A stretch of DNA of 32,000 nt, from contig CP126532.1 in assembly GCA_030167145.1 (NCBI GenBank), forward strand, positions 2,730,001-2,762,000, in the 5' to 3' direction. Shown here piece by piece: positions 31,395-32,000 of this stretch. The first letter of the stretch is position 1; each line of letters begins with the position of its first letter. The translations under genes and the position numbers were made by a program. The notes under the pieces were generated by a model. It was not told where the DNA came from, did no database searches, and was given only the letters and a program-made list of their open reading frames with translations. The stretch is from Ktedonobacterales bacterium (GTDB lineage: Bacteria > Chloroflexota > Ktedonobacteria > Ktedonobacterales > JADMIN01).

Positions 31395-31419
31395 AAGGGG
31401 AGGGGGAGGATGTCACCGC

Positions 31420-32000
31420 TTACACGCTCTCGTGCGAGGGGAGGAGATCGGTGCCGGCGCGGAGTTCGGTGCGGTAGAGCGCATAGCTTTGCGCGACGCG
31501 CATGCCAGCGCGGCTGTAGAGGCGCGGCGCGCCGGTGGGGCTTTCGGCGTCTACGCTCAAATTGACTTCGCGCACACCCTGGCGATAGTACTCGGCGAAG
31601 GTGGCGTGCAGCAGGGCCAGCGCCAGCCCGCGATTGCGCCAGGGACGCCGCACACCGACGGCGCCGATCCAGCCTTCGCCAGCGGCGATTTTACCCAGGG
31701 AGACGCCGGCAATTTCGCCAGTGGGCTGGTCAATCGCCAGGAACCACAGGCCGGGATCGGCGCGCTCGATCTTGGTCATAGCCAGCCAGCGCTCGAAGAT
31801 TCCGGGCGGACGGTTCCAGGTATCCTGAAACGCTTCTTCTACGGCGTCGAAGGTGGCGCGCTCGTCTGCGCCGGGGATAAAGGCGCGGATGCTGATGTTC
31901 GCTGGTGGCGCTGGGATGGGGGGTGGGGCATCCAGGGTGATGGCCATGACGTAGATGCCGCGTACGGGAGCGTAGCCGCGCGTTTGCATCAGGCGGATGG
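31420..32000 (-). CDS. GNAT family N-acetyltransferase (5' part probably outside the window)
   Basis: Acetyl-CoA motif IGAVGVRRPWRNRGLALALL. The frame stays open to the window end, and the segment RGYAPVRGIYVM looks like the end of a preceding GNAT domain, suggesting a two-domain protein. Confidence 0.8.
   Translation of the reverse strand, partial: IRLMQTRGYAPVRGIYVMAITLDAPPPIPAPPANISIRAFIPGADERATFDAVEEAFQDTWNRPPGIFERWLAMTKIERADPGLWFLAIDQPTGEIAGVSLGKIAAGEGWIGAVGVRRPWRNRGLALALLHATFAEYYRQGVREVNLSVDAESPTGAPRLYSRAGMRVAQSYALYRTELRAGTDLLPSHESV

Noticed and set aside
31291-31416. Upstream extension of the transposase ORF to 31416
   Set aside because: It crosses the right inverted repeat (ending at 31388) into flanking DNA. 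The family-typical start MPWQESS... at 31290 lies inside the element.
1-32000. Scan for tRNA, rRNA, oriC (DnaA boxes) and prophage or integron features
   Set aside because: No tRNA-like T-arm/acceptor patterns, rRNA segments, TTATCCACA clusters, phage structural genes or attC/attI-like sites were recognised by eye. A tRNAscan or Infernal run would be needed to be definitive.

Overview
High-G+C, densely coding bacterial chromosomal segment. By hand count, typical 60-nt lines are about 70% G+C. No rRNA, tRNA or CRISPR array was recognised. About 30 genes are supportable. They include housekeeping genes (rsmA 3' end, FtsB/DivIC-like, rlmA, msrA, rpsP-KH-rimM, an aminotransferase, a D-Ala-D-Ala carboxypeptidase). 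There are also transporters and regulators (marR plus a DHA2 MFS pump, an MFS fusion protein, an HTH-STAND-TPR regulator, a Ser/Thr kinase) and enzymes (MBL hydrolase, GrpB, molybdopterin oxidoreductase, split TPP decarboxylase ComD/ComE-like, cyclase-family protein, GNAT). One complete IS481-family element is present. Five points stand out. (1) A MerB (alkylmercury lyase) family gene is split by a single in-frame TGA. The TGA aligns with the catalytic Cys159 position of MerB and is followed at SECIS-like distance by a hairpin with a GGUC loop, so this is either a candidate selenoprotein or a very recent pseudogene. (2) A roughly 0.9-kb non-coding island (about 13.5-14.3 kb) is built from short repeat modules and has strong strand asymmetry. 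(3) Several families of dispersed intergenic hairpin or composite repeats show compensatory stem substitutions between copies. (4) The IS481-family element is inserted exactly into the loop of one such palindromic repeat, with a 6-bp target duplication. (5) A 3' remnant of a Pnkp (RNA-repair polynucleotide kinase-phosphatase/ligase) gene abuts a TMEM175-like channel gene. Many track ORFs are alternative-frame or antisense artefacts of the high G+C content and were discounted. Taxon cannot be determined from the window alone. All family calls rest on motifs read from the translations and on recalled family knowledge. No database search was run.
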